64,000 bases of DNA from positions 2,199 to 66,198 of IMG/VR virus record IMGVR_UViG_3300032240_000688; one strand, written 5' to 3'. Below the pieces are notes generated by a model, which was not told the origin of the DNA, did not search any database, and saw nothing but the letters and a program-made list of their open reading frames with translations. Origin of the DNA: a virus. Lineage: Duplodnaviria > Caudoviricetes. The position numbers and the translations under genes are program-made. The first letter of the stretch is position 1. The number at the start of each line of letters is the position of its first letter. Shown here one piece after another: positions 52,436-62,477 of this stretch.

Positions 52436-53641
52436 ATGGCAACAAAAGCACCAGTAGCAAAGAAGACTCGCGTGACCAAAGCACAGGTTACTGCACATCG
52501 CGTGAACGCAAAGAAAGATCATAGTCCAACTTGGAATGATGTTGAAGGCTTGACTGGCGAACAGTTTGGCGCAAAGTATCGTGAAGCGATGAAGTGGTAT
52601 CGTTTGGAAGGTTCAGCTAAGGATCTCAAGCCAAAAGTCATTGACTGGATGGGTCGTGCTGGTATGGGCAAGAATGAAATTACCGCTTTTAAGAAAACCA
52701 AAGACTGGCGTTGCAATTTGACCATGGGTGCGATTGCATCATGCTTGATCAAGGGCATGCCAGACAGCCACAAAGATTGGAACAAGGGTCGTAGTTTTTC
52801 AGACTACCTAAAGAAAAGTATTAAGGAAGTTGTTGAGTCTGGCAAGAATGACGTTGAAGAAGTAGAAGAAATCAAAGCGGTTAAGGCTGTGGCTCCTGTG
52901 GTCACTATCCAAGATCGTTTGAAAGATGCCGCAGGTGACATGAGTGAAGAAATTGACTATGCCATTGACACTTGGATTACTGATCCAGATGCGTTTGACC
53001 CAAAAGCATTTAAGATGACAAACTTGTTGCGTGGCAAGGGTGCCAAGGCCGCTCATGCTCGTTTTATCAAGGCATACTTTAAACGTGGTCAGGACGAGTT
53101 GTTAGAGCTTGCCAGTGGTAATGCTGATGAACAGTTGCGTGAAGCATATAGCCATGTGGCTCGTAAAAATGTCAAGAAGTTGATTGAATTCTACGAAAGC
53201 ATTATGACAGCATGTGACCAAATTGCGGCAGAGGCTAAACTTAACAAGAAGCCACGTGCTAAGAAGATTGTACCTGCTGAGAAGTTGGTTGCTAAACTTA
53301 AATTCAAAGCCAGTGACGACAAGCTAGGACTTACTTCAGTGCCTCCTGCACAATTAGTTGGTGCCCAAGGTGCTGTAGTGTACAATGCCAAGACACGTAA
53401 AATTGGTATCTATACTGCAAAAACCAGTGCTGGACTTGCTATCAAAGGTACAAGTATCCTAGAGTTTACTGTAAAGAGCACACAGAAAACTCTGCGTAAG
53501 CCAGAAGTTCAATTGCGTGAGTTCAAAGAGCAGAACACTAACAAGAGAATTGAAACTTGGTTTGCCAAGATCAAGGCTACTGAGACAGTGATGAATGGAC
53601 GCATGAACGAAGAAATTATGATTTTAAAGGTATTCAAATGA
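52436..53641 (+). CDS. Basic hypothetical phage protein (early-type)
   Basis: AAGGAG RBS, Lys-rich, C-terminal KTLRKP...NGRMNE. Confidence 0.75.
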   Translation: MATKAPVAKKTRVTKAQVTAHRVNAKKDHSPTWNDVEGLTGEQFGAKYREAMKWYRLEGSAKDLKPKVIDWMGRAGMGKNEITAFKKTKDWRCNLTMGAIASCLIKGMPDSHKDWNKGRSFSDYLKKSIKEVVESGKNDVEEVEEIKAVKAVAPVVTIQDRLKDAAGDMSEEIDYAIDTWITDPDAFDPKAFKMTNLLRGKGAKAAHARFIKAYFKRGQDELLELASGNADEQLREAYSHVARKNVKKLIEFYESIMTACDQIAAEAKLNKKPRAKKIVPAEKLVAKLKFKASDDKLGLTSVPPAQLVGAQGAVVYNAKTRKIGIYTAKTSAGLAIKGTSILEFTVKSTQKTLRKPEVQLREFKEQNTNKRIETWFAKIKATETVMNGRMNEEIMILKVFK

Positions 53642-53829
53642 GTGAAGAACATGACAAGGCTATCGCAGAGTTCCTAGCCAACGGTGGCAAGATACAATAC
53701 GGTGCATATAGAGAAAGTGGCCGTGTTGAGGGTGCGGTGCCAACAAGCCCTTGGGGTGCCAAGAAGGCAGGGCGCCCGCCAGCAAGTGCCGAAGTTGATA
53801 CTACTGTAGAGATTGATGACGAAGAATGA
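53638..53829 (+). CDS. Hypothetical protein
   Basis: AEFLANGGKIQ motif. Confidence 0.6.
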   Translation: MSEEHDKAIAEFLANGGKIQYGAYRESGRVEGAVPTSPWGAKKAGRPPASAEVDTTVEIDDEE

Positions 53830-54338
53830 AATCACATTACACCTGCGGGAAATGTAAATTATTACTAGAAGCCAATGAAGGATTCTTCTTCCCTCATAGT
53901 CTTAAAAAGGTAGCTGGTAATCCTAATCTAACTGCAATTAGTCAATGCAAAGCCTGTGGTAATCAATATTCTACAGATCGTCGTAATAGCATCAAGGCTA
54001 GGGGATTAGTTCGTAGTCAAAAAACTACTCTTGCATTGGCAGGCGCAGTAGTTGGCTCTGTTTATATTATTGGTCCAGATACTCCTGGAACTCCTTATAA
54101 AATAGGACTGACTTCAGGGTCGGATACAAGGAAAAGAAAAGCGGCACTACAGACTGCACATTGGATGGATCTTAAAGAAGTTTGGAAATCAAATTTGTTA
54201 GATCGAGCAGACATCGTTGAAAAGAGATTACATAAGCATTTTGAAAAGAAATGGGTGCGCGGAGAATGGTACAACATTACTAAAGATGATATCGCCAATA
54301 TCCCAGAATTGATAAAACAGTTTGAATTTGAAAAATGA
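53826..54338 (+). CDS. T5orf172/MUG113 (GIY-YIG-like) nuclease-domain protein with N-terminal Zn finger
   Basis: CGKC/CKAC; VYII...YKIGLT...R...LQT...EKRLH...RGEWY. Confidence 0.78.
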   Translation: MKSHYTCGKCKLLLEANEGFFFPHSLKKVAGNPNLTAISQCKACGNQYSTDRRNSIKARGLVRSQKTTLALAGAVVGSVYIIGPDTPGTPYKIGLTSGSDTRKRKAALQTAHWMDLKEVWKSNLLDRADIVEKRLHKHFEKKWVRGEWYNITKDDIANIPELIKQFEFEK

Positions 54339-54513
54339 AAGTAGGTGGCATCAATCCAGCCATAGCTCACAAGATTGAGTTGCAGAAACTTGCACAGCAA
54401 GAAACAATCAAGCAACAACAGATCAAAGCTATTAAAGAGCGTCAAAAAGAAATAGAACGTATCAGGCCCCAAGACTTAGACAAGGGCCAGAACATTGACA
54501 AAATGGTTTAGTA

Positions 54514-54981
54514 ATGACAGAAAAAACTATATTCTATAAAAAGGTAGGCCGTAGGTATGTACCCGTATCTGAGTATGACAGCCAACACCTAGATAGTTTT
54601 CCCAAAGGTAGCCATTTAGTCATGTGTTATCCTGGGGGACAAAGTCGTAGGTTTAATATCGAGCCTGCTTATGCTCCTATGATTGCCGCGGGTCGTGTTG
54701 CTGAAGATGCTATATCATCTGCTATTGTAAAGGCCAGTGAGATGCGCCCACACAACAAGCCTATTACCGAGAAGCAACAAAAGGCTTGGAAGGCCTTGGC
54801 TAAGTCATTTGGTGACGATCGCTACTATGTAGAGATTCCGAGTGCCAGGGAGATCGCTGAAGCCGGGCTTAAGGCTATGGCTGAAGAAGCAGATAAGTTG
54901 TTGAAAAACGAAGCAGTCCGAAAGGCCTACGAACATTTTTTATTGTTGTGTGAACTAACCAAAGAAAGAGATACAGTATGA
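54514..54981 (+). CDS. Hypothetical protein
   Basis: YKKVGRRYVPV; ORF in run. Confidence 0.65.
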   Translation: MTEKTIFYKKVGRRYVPVSEYDSQHLDSFPKGSHLVMCYPGGQSRRFNIEPAYAPMIAAGRVAEDAISSAIVKASEMRPHNKPITEKQQKAWKALAKSFGDDRYYVEIPSAREIAEAGLKAMAEEADKLLKNEAVRKAYEHFLLLCELTKERDTV

Positions 54982-55066
54982 AATGGTTACTACCTATTGC
55001 CCTTGTTTGTTTTGGACATTTTTTCTGGGCCATGTTTTTTTCAATAGTTTTTATACTAACTGAATA

Positions 55067-55270
55067 ATGAAGAAAATTCTAATCAACTTTTTCTTTTTAA
55101 TTGGAGTTGCAGGAATACTATTGTCTATGGTCGCTCTAATTGTGTTTGGTAATCAATTAGTTGACAAAAATACGCCTAGACTGTATAATTGTAGTATAGC
55201 AGAGATAAGTCCAGACTTTACTCATGCTATGCGTGAAGAATGTCGTAAACAAAGAAAGTTAACCACATGA
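55067..55270 (+). CDS. Small membrane-anchored protein
   Basis: TM then YNCSIAEISPD...ECR. Confidence 0.6.
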   Translation: MKKILINFFFLIGVAGILLSMVALIVFGNQLVDKNTPRLYNCSIAEISPDFTHAMREECRKQRKLTT

Positions 55271-55521
55271 GCAAGGCAAAACACAAACCCTATCAATGGA
55301 TAGATGGTGAAACTGCGGATCGTATCACCAGCATGAACCTAAAAGACTACCGTGCGTATCTTAAAAAAGAATTGAAACAATGGAAGAAGAATCCAAAGAG
55401 CGAATCTAATCCCAACGGTTACTGGATGCATCCTGAAGATGTAGGACTTAATATACAGACCATTGCGGCATTAGATTTGATTATCAGTCACTTTCCAGAA
55501 ACATCGGATGAAATAAAATGA
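55267..55521 (+). CDS. Hypothetical protein
   Basis: Overlapping start/stop chain. Confidence 0.6.
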   Translation: MSKAKHKPYQWIDGETADRITSMNLKDYRAYLKKELKQWKKNPKSESNPNGYWMHPEDVGLNIQTIAALDLIISHFPETSDEIK

Positions 55522-55874
55522 GCGGTTGGAACACTATTCAAAGAATTCGACGCATGGAAGAAGAAATCGACAAGCTCGGTTTTAAATTTAAACAGCCCAA
55601 GCACGGTGACTGGGAGCGTCAAGAACAGAGCATTAGCCTTGTGCCAAAAGATGCAACAGTATTACCAATTTACAGTCGAGATGCAGAATTGTTTGTTGGT
55701 AGTTTAGAAACCCTCGAAACATGGTTGCACGGTGTCCGCTGGGCACGTGAATACGATATGATGCTGAGATTGAGTGACGATGACAAACGTTCTAGAGCAG
55801 AACAAAAGGAACGCAATAAAAACCTAATGCGTACTATCAAAGAAGGTAAACTTGTAACTGGGGACGAAAAATGA
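55518..55874 (+). CDS. Hypothetical protein
   Basis: Overlapping start/stop chain. Confidence 0.6.
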   Translation: MSGWNTIQRIRRMEEEIDKLGFKFKQPKHGDWERQEQSISLVPKDATVLPIYSRDAELFVGSLETLETWLHGVRWAREYDMMLRLSDDDKRSRAEQKERNKNLMRTIKEGKLVTGDEK

Positions 55875-56434
55875 TTACGATGAAAGAATGGATGGAATTG
55901 GTTGACTATAAGATTACTGAGGGCAGTGATTATGGTTGGTCGTGTTACGGCCCTAATGCCTATTGCTTAGATAGCTGGAATGGCGTCCATGGTAAAGGTG
56001 GATATAGTTTTAGTATTGTGTTCAGTACTAAGACGCAAAAGGTCTATGAAGTGTCAGTATGCGACTATACCAATGATCGTGCCTATCGTATGATTGCAGA
56101 GAACAAGCGTAAAAAACACGGTGAAGAAGCATTTCTGCGTAATGTTGATTTGAACGAAGCGTGGGATGGTGTCGACTATGTGGATTTGGAAATTGATGAT
56201 GACTTTATCCAAAAGTGTCTTGCCATTAAGGCAGGCGAACCCTACTCAACTGATGTAAGTATTCCCCTAGACTTGCCAGATGACTTGCTGTTGTTTGCTT
56301 TCAAAGCCGCACACGAAGCCGATATGACATTTAATGAATATGTCAATCAAGCTCTGCGTGGACTGATTGATAAGGTTAACAGTGGTGAGTTTACTAAAGA
56401 AGATGCACAACAATGGTTGGAAGAAACCAAATGA
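55871..56434 (+). CDS. Hypothetical protein with C-terminal ribbon-helix-helix (HicB-like) motif
   Basis: LDLPDDL...AAHEADMTFNEYVNQAL. Confidence 0.6.
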   Translation: MITMKEWMELVDYKITEGSDYGWSCYGPNAYCLDSWNGVHGKGGYSFSIVFSTKTQKVYEVSVCDYTNDRAYRMIAENKRKKHGEEAFLRNVDLNEAWDGVDYVDLEIDDDFIQKCLAIKAGEPYSTDVSIPLDLPDDLLLFAFKAAHEADMTFNEYVNQALRGLIDKVNSGEFTKEDAQQWLEETK

Positions 56435-56898
56435 AACTGTTTGGACGTAGTGGTGGATACTACTTATTCTGGACAGGCTTTGTCTATTTCTGGGTTGGCA
56501 TGTACCTTGCATTCACGCACTATGCCCGCCCAGAATTTGCCACACTAGGATTTGTACTGGCTCTTAGTGTACCTCTTTGGTGTCCGCCAGTTGCTCGTTA
56601 TTTTAATATGGAGCCTTTGATGTTTGATTTATTTAAGAAAAAGAAAATGCCCGAAAACGTAGTTCCTTTTCCTGCTCCGGCACCCAAGCTGGTAGAACCA
56701 CCTAAGCCTCCTCCGGAGCCAGAAAAGCCTGCTACTACATATTACCGTTTGGGTATTACTACCAATGGTCGTGTTAGTTTCCAAATGGGCTATAGTGAAA
56801 TTACTATGAATGCCGGCGGCATTGATAACATGATTGCACAGTTAGAATGTTTTAGAGATCAAATTCTTAAATATGAAAACGACAAGGAAGAAGAATGA
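56431..56898 (+). CDS. Hypothetical membrane protein
   Basis: Two TMs, Pro-rich linker. Confidence 0.6.
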   Translation: MKLFGRSGGYYLFWTGFVYFWVGMYLAFTHYARPEFATLGFVLALSVPLWCPPVARYFNMEPLMFDLFKKKKMPENVVPFPAPAPKLVEPPKPPPEPEKPATTYYRLGITTNGRVSFQMGYSEITMNAGGIDNMIAQLECFRDQILKYENDKEEE

Positions 56899-57311
56899 AA
56901 TTCTTTGAGCCGTTGCGTGATGACCTAATGGTCCAGCAACAGATCTCTAATAGCTGGGAGCATATGGTTGGTGTCATCATGCTTAACCAAACTGGTCGCA
57001 AACCAGTCAAGATGACCTTACCAGAATTCCTTTATTGGTTTCCCACACCACAGGCATTGATAGCCGCCGATGAAGAATTTGTCAAAAGCATTATACAACC
57101 ATTAGGTATGACTAATGTCCGCTACAAGCGTCTGGTAGGTATGAGCTATGATTATTTGACTTGGGATGGCGATGATGCTACAATGTTGTATGGGATAGGA
57201 AAATATGGTTCAGATAGTTACGAAATATTTTTCAAGCAGAACTATAGTGTAGTACCCACAGATAAAGAATTGAAACGTTATTTAGAAGAGGAAGTTTATG
57301 AATCCGTTTAG
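56895..57311 (+). CDS. MBD4-like HhH-GPD DNA glycosylase
   Basis: WEHMVGVIMLNQT, IIQPLG, GIGKYGSDSYEIF, PTDKEL. Confidence 0.8.
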   Translation: MKFFEPLRDDLMVQQQISNSWEHMVGVIMLNQTGRKPVKMTLPEFLYWFPTPQALIAADEEFVKSIIQPLGMTNVRYKRLVGMSYDYLTWDGDDATMLYGIGKYGSDSYEIFFKQNYSVVPTDKELKRYLEEEVYESV

Positions 57312-57660
57312 AGATCAAGAAAAGTTTATGAAGGCCTGCGATCAAACAGTGGGCGAATTTAATGTAGAACAGTTTAATCTGTACACTAAGCTGATTGAAG
57401 AAGAATTTAAAGAACTTAAGGTAGCAATTGACAATGTTGACCGAGTAGAAACACTTGATGCGCTCGTTGACATTATTGTTGTTACTATTGGGGCATTACA
57501 CAGCATGGGTGCAGATGTTGAGGGCGCATGGCACGAAGTCATGTCAACTAACTTTGCCAAGATCGATAAAGATACTGGCAAGGTACGTAAGCGTGAAGAC
57601 GGCAAAGTATTGAAACCAGTGGGCTGGACTCCTCCAAATTTAAAACCTTTCGTAAAATAA
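57298..57660 (+). CDS. MazG-like nucleotide pyrophosphohydrolase
   Basis: LIEEEFKEL, DALVD, EVMSTNFAK, REDGKVLKP. Confidence 0.85.
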   Translation: MNPFRDQEKFMKACDQTVGEFNVEQFNLYTKLIEEEFKELKVAIDNVDRVETLDALVDIIVVTIGALHSMGADVEGAWHEVMSTNFAKIDKDTGKVRKREDGKVLKPVGWTPPNLKPFVK

Positions 57661-57881
57661 TGTATAAAACAATTTACACAGAAGTTGAAGTAGATGTTGA
57701 CTTGTCAGAATTTGACACAGACGACCTGATTGAAGAATTAGAGTCGCGTGGTGCTGGTGCCACTGACTACGGTGATGGTAAAGAAGTACTAGAATCCATT
57801 TACCAAAAACGTAGACTAGGTCAAGATTACCAAACAGAATTAGAAGCATTAATCTATTTAGGATTAGGAAAAATTATATGA
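57660..57881 (+). CDS. Small acidic hypothetical protein
   Basis: Overlapping start/stop. Confidence 0.55.
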   Translation: MYKTIYTEVEVDVDLSEFDTDDLIEELESRGAGATDYGDGKEVLESIYQKRRLGQDYQTELEALIYLGLGKII

Positions 57882-58330
57882 AACAAGAACTCGACGAATA
57901 CCTGTGCAAGACCTATCCAAAGATGATGGTCAACCGTAACCTACACATGACCGAAACTGCTATGTGTTGGGGCTTCGAATGTGGTGATGGGTGGTTTGAT
58001 ATCCTTAGAACACTCATGGGTAATATCCAGCATCGCATCGATTGGAACAACAGTAATTTTGAAAAAGGTTACACACAGTACCAACAGATTCCACAAGTAA
58101 CTCTTGACCAAGTTAAAGAAAAGTTTGGCACACTACGGTTTTACTACTCAGGTGGCGATGACTATATCAGCGGTATGGTAGCTATGGCAGAAAGCATGAG
58201 CGCCATTACTTGTGAAACCTGCGGCAAGCCTGGTACACAAACCCGTGGTGGTTGGATCAAGACCGCATGTGTAGAGCACGGCGGTCAAGATTACAGTACT
58301 CCAGAAGAGGAACTAGATGACGCTACCTGA
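57878..58330 (+). CDS. Conserved-type phage hypothetical protein with Zn ribbon
   Basis: CGDGW, QVKEKFGTLRFY, CETCG...C..H. Confidence 0.7.
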   Translation: MKQELDEYLCKTYPKMMVNRNLHMTETAMCWGFECGDGWFDILRTLMGNIQHRIDWNNSNFEKGYTQYQQIPQVTLDQVKEKFGTLRFYYSGGDDYISGMVAMAESMSAITCETCGKPGTQTRGGWIKTACVEHGGQDYSTPEEELDDAT

Positions 58331-58577
58331 TGAACGCTATCGTGCTGTGATGTGGGCAAAGAGCTTTTGCGAAGACCTATTGGATTCTAAGAAAACTCCT
58401 AGGGTTCCAAAAGAGATTCGGCGCAGAGCCTATGGTGTGTTGCGTCACTTTCCAGATGACTATTACCTAAGTATGCTTGCAGATGCTCGTCCGGATATTT
58501 TAGAACGTAAAGGGGAACCTTTTGATCCTCTTTACAAAATGGTTAAAGAGTACGACTTACAAAAGGAAAAGGATTAA
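58317..58577 (+). CDS. BPSL0761-like small protein
   Basis: MTLPDERYRAV...VPKEIRRRA..VLRHFP. Confidence 0.6.
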   Translation: MTLPDERYRAVMWAKSFCEDLLDSKKTPRVPKEIRRRAYGVLRHFPDDYYLSMLADARPDILERKGEPFDPLYKMVKEYDLQKEKD

Positions 58578-58975
58578 TGTTAGATTGTTTAATTATGGGT
58601 GACAGTATTGCAGTAGGCACCGCCCAGGTGCGACAAGAATGTGTTTCATATTCTAAAGGCGGCATTAACAGTTATCAATGGTTAAACGCTAACGTAGGTA
58701 AAAGTCCTTACGTTGCCAAAACTGTTATTATCAGTTTGGGATCAAATGATCACAAGTATGTTAAAACCCTGTCAGAGTTGCGTAACATTCGCGAGCTGAC
58801 TAAGGCAGAACGAGTCTATTGGATTTTACCCGCTATTAAACCCGATGTTCAAGAAATGGTTAAAAAGGTAGCGGCAGAGTGGGGCGATACAGTATTGCCA
58901 ATGACTCGACTACAAAAAGATGGCGTCCACCCAAGTTGGGCTGGTTATAAAGAGTTAGCAGAAAATACAAAATAA
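58577..58975 (+). CDS. SGNH/GDSL hydrolase
   Basis: GDSI, LGSND, DGVHP. Confidence 0.85.
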   Translation: MLDCLIMGDSIAVGTAQVRQECVSYSKGGINSYQWLNANVGKSPYVAKTVIISLGSNDHKYVKTLSELRNIRELTKAERVYWILPAIKPDVQEMVKKVAAEWGDTVLPMTRLQKDGVHPSWAGYKELAENTK

Positions 58976-58983
58976 GGAAAATT

Positions 58984-59571
58984 ATGTTAGTACCAATGGT
59001 AATTGAAAAGTCCAGCAATGGCGAACGTGCTTATGACATTTACAGCAGACTTTTAAAAGAACGTATTGTGTTCTTAAATGGTCCTGTACATGACGATTCA
59101 GCTAACTTGATCGTGGCACAGATGCTGTTTTTAGAGTCAGAAGACCCAGATAAAGACATTAATTTTTATATCAATAGCCCGGGCGGTGTTGTTACCGCAG
59201 GTATGAGCATTTATGATGTAATGCAGTTTGTCAAGTGTGATGTAGCAACCTATGTGATGGGGCAGGCCTGTTCAATGGGTAGTTTGTTAGCCAATTCAGG
59301 GAGTGCCGGAAAACGCTATATGTTGCCTCAAGCACGTCACATGATCCATCAGCCTAGCGGCGGCGCTGGTGGGCAGGCTACAGACATGGAAATCCAAGTA
59401 AAAGAGATCTTAAAAATGAAGAAAACTCTTACAGAAATCTATGTTGCACACAACAGCAAAGGTAAAACTTATGAAGATTTTGCACGTGATATGGAGCGAG
59501 ATTTCTTCATGAGCGCACAAGAAGCCTGCGATTATGGCCTTGTAGACACAGTTGTAAGCAAGCACGAATAA
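58984..59571 (+). CDS. clpP: ClpP protease
   Basis: [37 protein letters not shown]. Confidence 0.95.
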   Translation: MLVPMVIEKSSNGERAYDIYSRLLKERIVFLNGPVHDDSANLIVAQMLFLESEDPDKDINFYINSPGGVVTAGMSIYDVMQFVKCDVATYVMGQACSMGSLLANSGSAGKRYMLPQARHMIHQPSGGAGGQATDMEIQVKEILKMKKTLTEIYVAHNSKGKTYEDFARDMERDFFMSAQEACDYGLVDTVVSKHE

Positions 59572-59640
59572 ACTACAACGTATTCCGCTAAATAGTAGGT
59601 ACAGCCCAAAGACGGGCTTATCTACTACTGGAATACGCTA

Positions 59641-60546
59641 ATGTCAATACTCGATGTCTTAACCCTAGAAAACGGCAAAATAGTCGCTCGTAGCGACCTA
59701 AATGTCTACGGTCAACTGACTGTAAACAAACTAATCACCCACGAATTAGTAGCTCATACCAAGTATGACGCACCGTTCTTTGAGTTCTCAAAAAATAACG
59801 AATCAGGCACAAATGCAGGCCACGGATTAATTTGGCCGCAGGCGGACTATGCTAGACAGTTGATCTGGCGTGATGACCCAAGTCGTTTTTGGTTCACAGA
59901 CAGCGTGGACCTAGCACCAGACCGTGCTTATCATATTGCAGGTGCTCCTATACTAAGCCAACATACCCTAGGTGGTAGCGTTACAGTATCCAACTTACAG
60001 ACCGTGGGTGTATTAGAAAGCCTAACAGTTAGTGGTAATGTAAACTTTGGTGAAGAAGTATTCTTCAATGCTACTTCTGGAAAACTAAGCATTGGTACAG
60101 AAGCCGCAACTGGTGTGCTAACAGTTTACGATACTGTTAATGATGTAGAATTAGTATTGACTGGCGGTACCAATAGTCGTGGACGCATTGGTACAGTACA
60201 GACCAAAAACATAGATATCATCACAGATGATCAAGCTAGAATTAGTGTAGAGTACAATGGTGATGTTACAATCAGTAACGAAACAGATCGCACAGTCACT
60301 ACACGCATCTATGGCCAAGTTGGTGTTAATGTAAAAAATCCACGCGAAGATTTTGAAGTTGCAGGAAATATCCGTTGGGGTAATAAATTATTTGCAACAG
60401 GTAATGGCGCTCCTACAAATGGCCAATACATGAAAGGCGATGTAATTTGGAACGACGATCCAAAGAGCATGAGCTACATTGGTTGGGTATGCACCCAATC
60501 AGGTAATCCCGGAGACTGGAAACCGTTTGGTTTAATCGGCAGTTAA
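59641..60546 (+). CDS. Putative virion structural/fibre-like protein
   Basis: Beta-rich, SNLQTVGVL repeat, VGVNVKNP, C-terminal GDVIWN...GWVC...PGDWKPFG; TAAATA upstream. Confidence 0.6.
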   Translation: MSILDVLTLENGKIVARSDLNVYGQLTVNKLITHELVAHTKYDAPFFEFSKNNESGTNAGHGLIWPQADYARQLIWRDDPSRFWFTDSVDLAPDRAYHIAGAPILSQHTLGGSVTVSNLQTVGVLESLTVSGNVNFGEEVFFNATSGKLSIGTEAATGVLTVYDTVNDVELVLTGGTNSRGRIGTVQTKNIDIITDDQARISVEYNGDVTISNETDRTVTTRIYGQVGVNVKNPREDFEVAGNIRWGNKLFATGNGAPTNGQYMKGDVIWNDDPKSMSYIGWVCTQSGNPGDWKPFGLIGS

Positions 60547-60627
60547 TTGACAGTCTAGCCAAGATAAGTAATTAGACAAGGGAAACCTTGTTTAGGCAAC
60601 TATCTTTTGGCACATTAGGGGATTACT

Positions 60628-60942
60628 ATGAAAGACAAACTCAATCAGATAAACTGGCACATTAAACTTTGGCTCTGGTACGGCAGACTCAGCCCGATAC
60701 TATTCCTAATTGGAGCATATTCGCTCTATCAAATTCTCAACACGGACATACCACTCATTTTTTACGCGGCTTGGACAATTTTTGTCGCAACCGGAATCGT
60801 ATGGTGGGCCTGGGTGATTAAGGTACTATTGGATATGGTAAATTTGTTCATCCAAGTGAGCGAACACGTTGAATCAATCCAACACACTATCAAAGAAGTC
60901 AAAGAGGATGTAAAATCTCTCGACCCCACTAGGAACGATTAA
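60628..60942 (+). CDS. Two-TM membrane protein with coiled-coil tail
   Basis: Hydrophobic segments. Confidence 0.6.
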   Translation: MKDKLNQINWHIKLWLWYGRLSPILFLIGAYSLYQILNTDIPLIFYAAWTIFVATGIVWWAWVIKVLLDMVNLFIQVSEHVESIQHTIKEVKEDVKSLDPTRND

Positions 60943-60978
60943 ATAAAGATGCTATAATAACTTATAGCATCAAAACTT

Positions 60979-61026
60979 AGTCGACTCCTATGGCATTCAT
61001 CCGACTCTAAAAATTCTGCATGTCAT
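60979..61026 (+). promoter_or_regulatory. H-type pseudoknot in queD leader (riboswitch candidate)
   Basis: AGTCG/CGACT stem, loop ATGGCAT pairs with ATGTCAT after an A-rich linker. Confidence 0.45.
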
Positions 61027-61058
61027 CAAACTTGCTACCTATATAAAGGAGACTAGAG

Positions 61059-61508
61059 ATGGCAAAATTTTATTCAACAAAACACTACGGACACAACATT
61101 GGTCTGTCAGCGGTATTCCGTCAACCTAACGCAGATCACAGTCACTGTCATCTGCTACACGGTTACAGTCTAGCGTTTACATTCACATTTGGCTGTGATA
61201 CTCTAGACAACAAGAACTGGGCAGTGGACTTTGGCGGTCTCAAACCGCTCAAAGCCTGGCTAGAAGATCACTTTGATCACAAGCTGGCTTTGGATAAGGC
61301 AGATCCACATCTAGCCAAATTCCAAGAACTAGAAGCACTAGACCTAGCAGAGATTCGTATCTTTGATGGTGTGGGCGCAGAGAAGTTTGCCGAACATGCT
61401 TTTAACTTTGCCGATCAGTTGATCCGTGAAAAGACCGATAATCGTTGCTATTGCGTTCGAGTAGAGTGCGCCGAGCACGGTGCTAATTCAGCTATATTTG
61501 AAGGTTGA
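61059..61508 (+). CDS. queD: 6-carboxytetrahydropterin synthase (QueD/PTPS)
   Basis: SHCHLLHGYS, VDFGGLK, FDH, AEKFA, VECAEH. Confidence 0.85.
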   Translation: MAKFYSTKHYGHNIGLSAVFRQPNADHSHCHLLHGYSLAFTFTFGCDTLDNKNWAVDFGGLKPLKAWLEDHFDHKLALDKADPHLAKFQELEALDLAEIRIFDGVGAEKFAEHAFNFADQLIREKTDNRCYCVRVECAEHGANSAIFEG

Positions 61509-61539
61509 CTTTTTCCAAACAATCTGCTATAATATTGTT

Positions 61540-62046
61540 ATGATAATATATTTAGACATGGATGATGTAGTAGCAGATTGGATGGGTTATGCTCGTGCAA
61601 TCGTAAATCGCAACTGGAACTACGGAGAACGTATTCCGGATGAAGATTGGAATAAGGTTTCGGCCAAAAAACGCATGTATCGCGAGTTGCCAATCAAAGA
61701 AGGCGCACACGATTTGGTTAACTTCTGCCGTGATGCTGTAGCAAATGGCCTCGCAGATGACTTGTGTTTCCTAACGGCACTACCGCAGAATCACGGTGTT
61801 CCTTATGCCGCATGGGATAAAGTGCTATGGGCGATGGAACGTTTTGAACGCATTCCTGTATTGTTTGGACCATACAGCTTTGACAAACATAAGCATTGTC
61901 AACCTGGGGACATCTTAATCGACGACCGTACCAGCAACTGTGAAGAATGGCGTGCCGCTGGTGGTCACTCACACATTTACCGTAGCTGGACGGAATGTAA
62001 ACCTTGGCTTGAAAGTATATTAAATGACAAACTTAGTAAATCTTAG
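61540..62046 (+). CDS. 5'(3')-deoxyribonucleotidase (HAD, NT5C-like)
   Basis: YLDMDDVVAD, FLTA, DK..W, ILIDDR..N. Confidence 0.85.
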   Translation: MIIYLDMDDVVADWMGYARAIVNRNWNYGERIPDEDWNKVSAKKRMYRELPIKEGAHDLVNFCRDAVANGLADDLCFLTALPQNHGVPYAAWDKVLWAMERFERIPVLFGPYSFDKHKHCQPGDILIDDRTSNCEEWRAAGGHSHIYRSWTECKPWLESILNDKLSKS

Positions 62047-62314
62047 ATTTGAGTTAGCCAACCCGCTGGATAGGTGGGAGTACTTTAAACCGCTGGGATG
62101 TTTCAGCGGTAGCCTACCTTGGCACAAGGCATGGGAACTAGAACATTCATACTATAGTCGTATGATTCTAGATATAGAGGCGCACTGGACTCGAAATACT
62201 GATCACGCTGGCTTAGGTATCTCTATTGGTATTTTGGGATACGGTGTTGCGTTTAGGATATACGACACTAGGCATTGGAATTACACACTGGATAGATGGG
62301 TATCATATGAGTAG
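62024..62314 (+). CDS. Hypothetical protein
   Basis: DHAG...IYDTRHWN. Confidence 0.6.
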   Translation: MTNLVNLRFELANPLDRWEYFKPLGCFSGSLPWHKAWELEHSYYSRMILDIEAHWTRNTDHAGLGISIGILGYGVAFRIYDTRHWNYTLDRWVSYE

Positions 62315-62477
62315 ATATCACTGGATCAAAACTATCGTCGAAGACGATAATGGGGAACTGGTCATAGACCTTAAAGAGGCCTGTGAAGAATTAGGTTGGA
62401 AAGAGGGCGATGTCATCGAATGGATTGATAACAACGATGGTACATGGACTATTAAAAAGAAAGAAGCTGATGCTTAA
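62307..62477 (+). CDS. AbrB/MazE-like DNA-binding protein
   Basis: GELVIDL...ELGWKEGDVIEW. Confidence 0.75.
   Translation: MSRYHWIKTIVEDDNGELVIDLKEACEELGWKEGDVIEWIDNNDGTWTIKKKEADA

Noticed and set aside
53826-54338. Intron-encoded homing endonuclease
   Set aside because: Free-standing ORF with overlapping start/stop; no interrupted gene or intron core seen.
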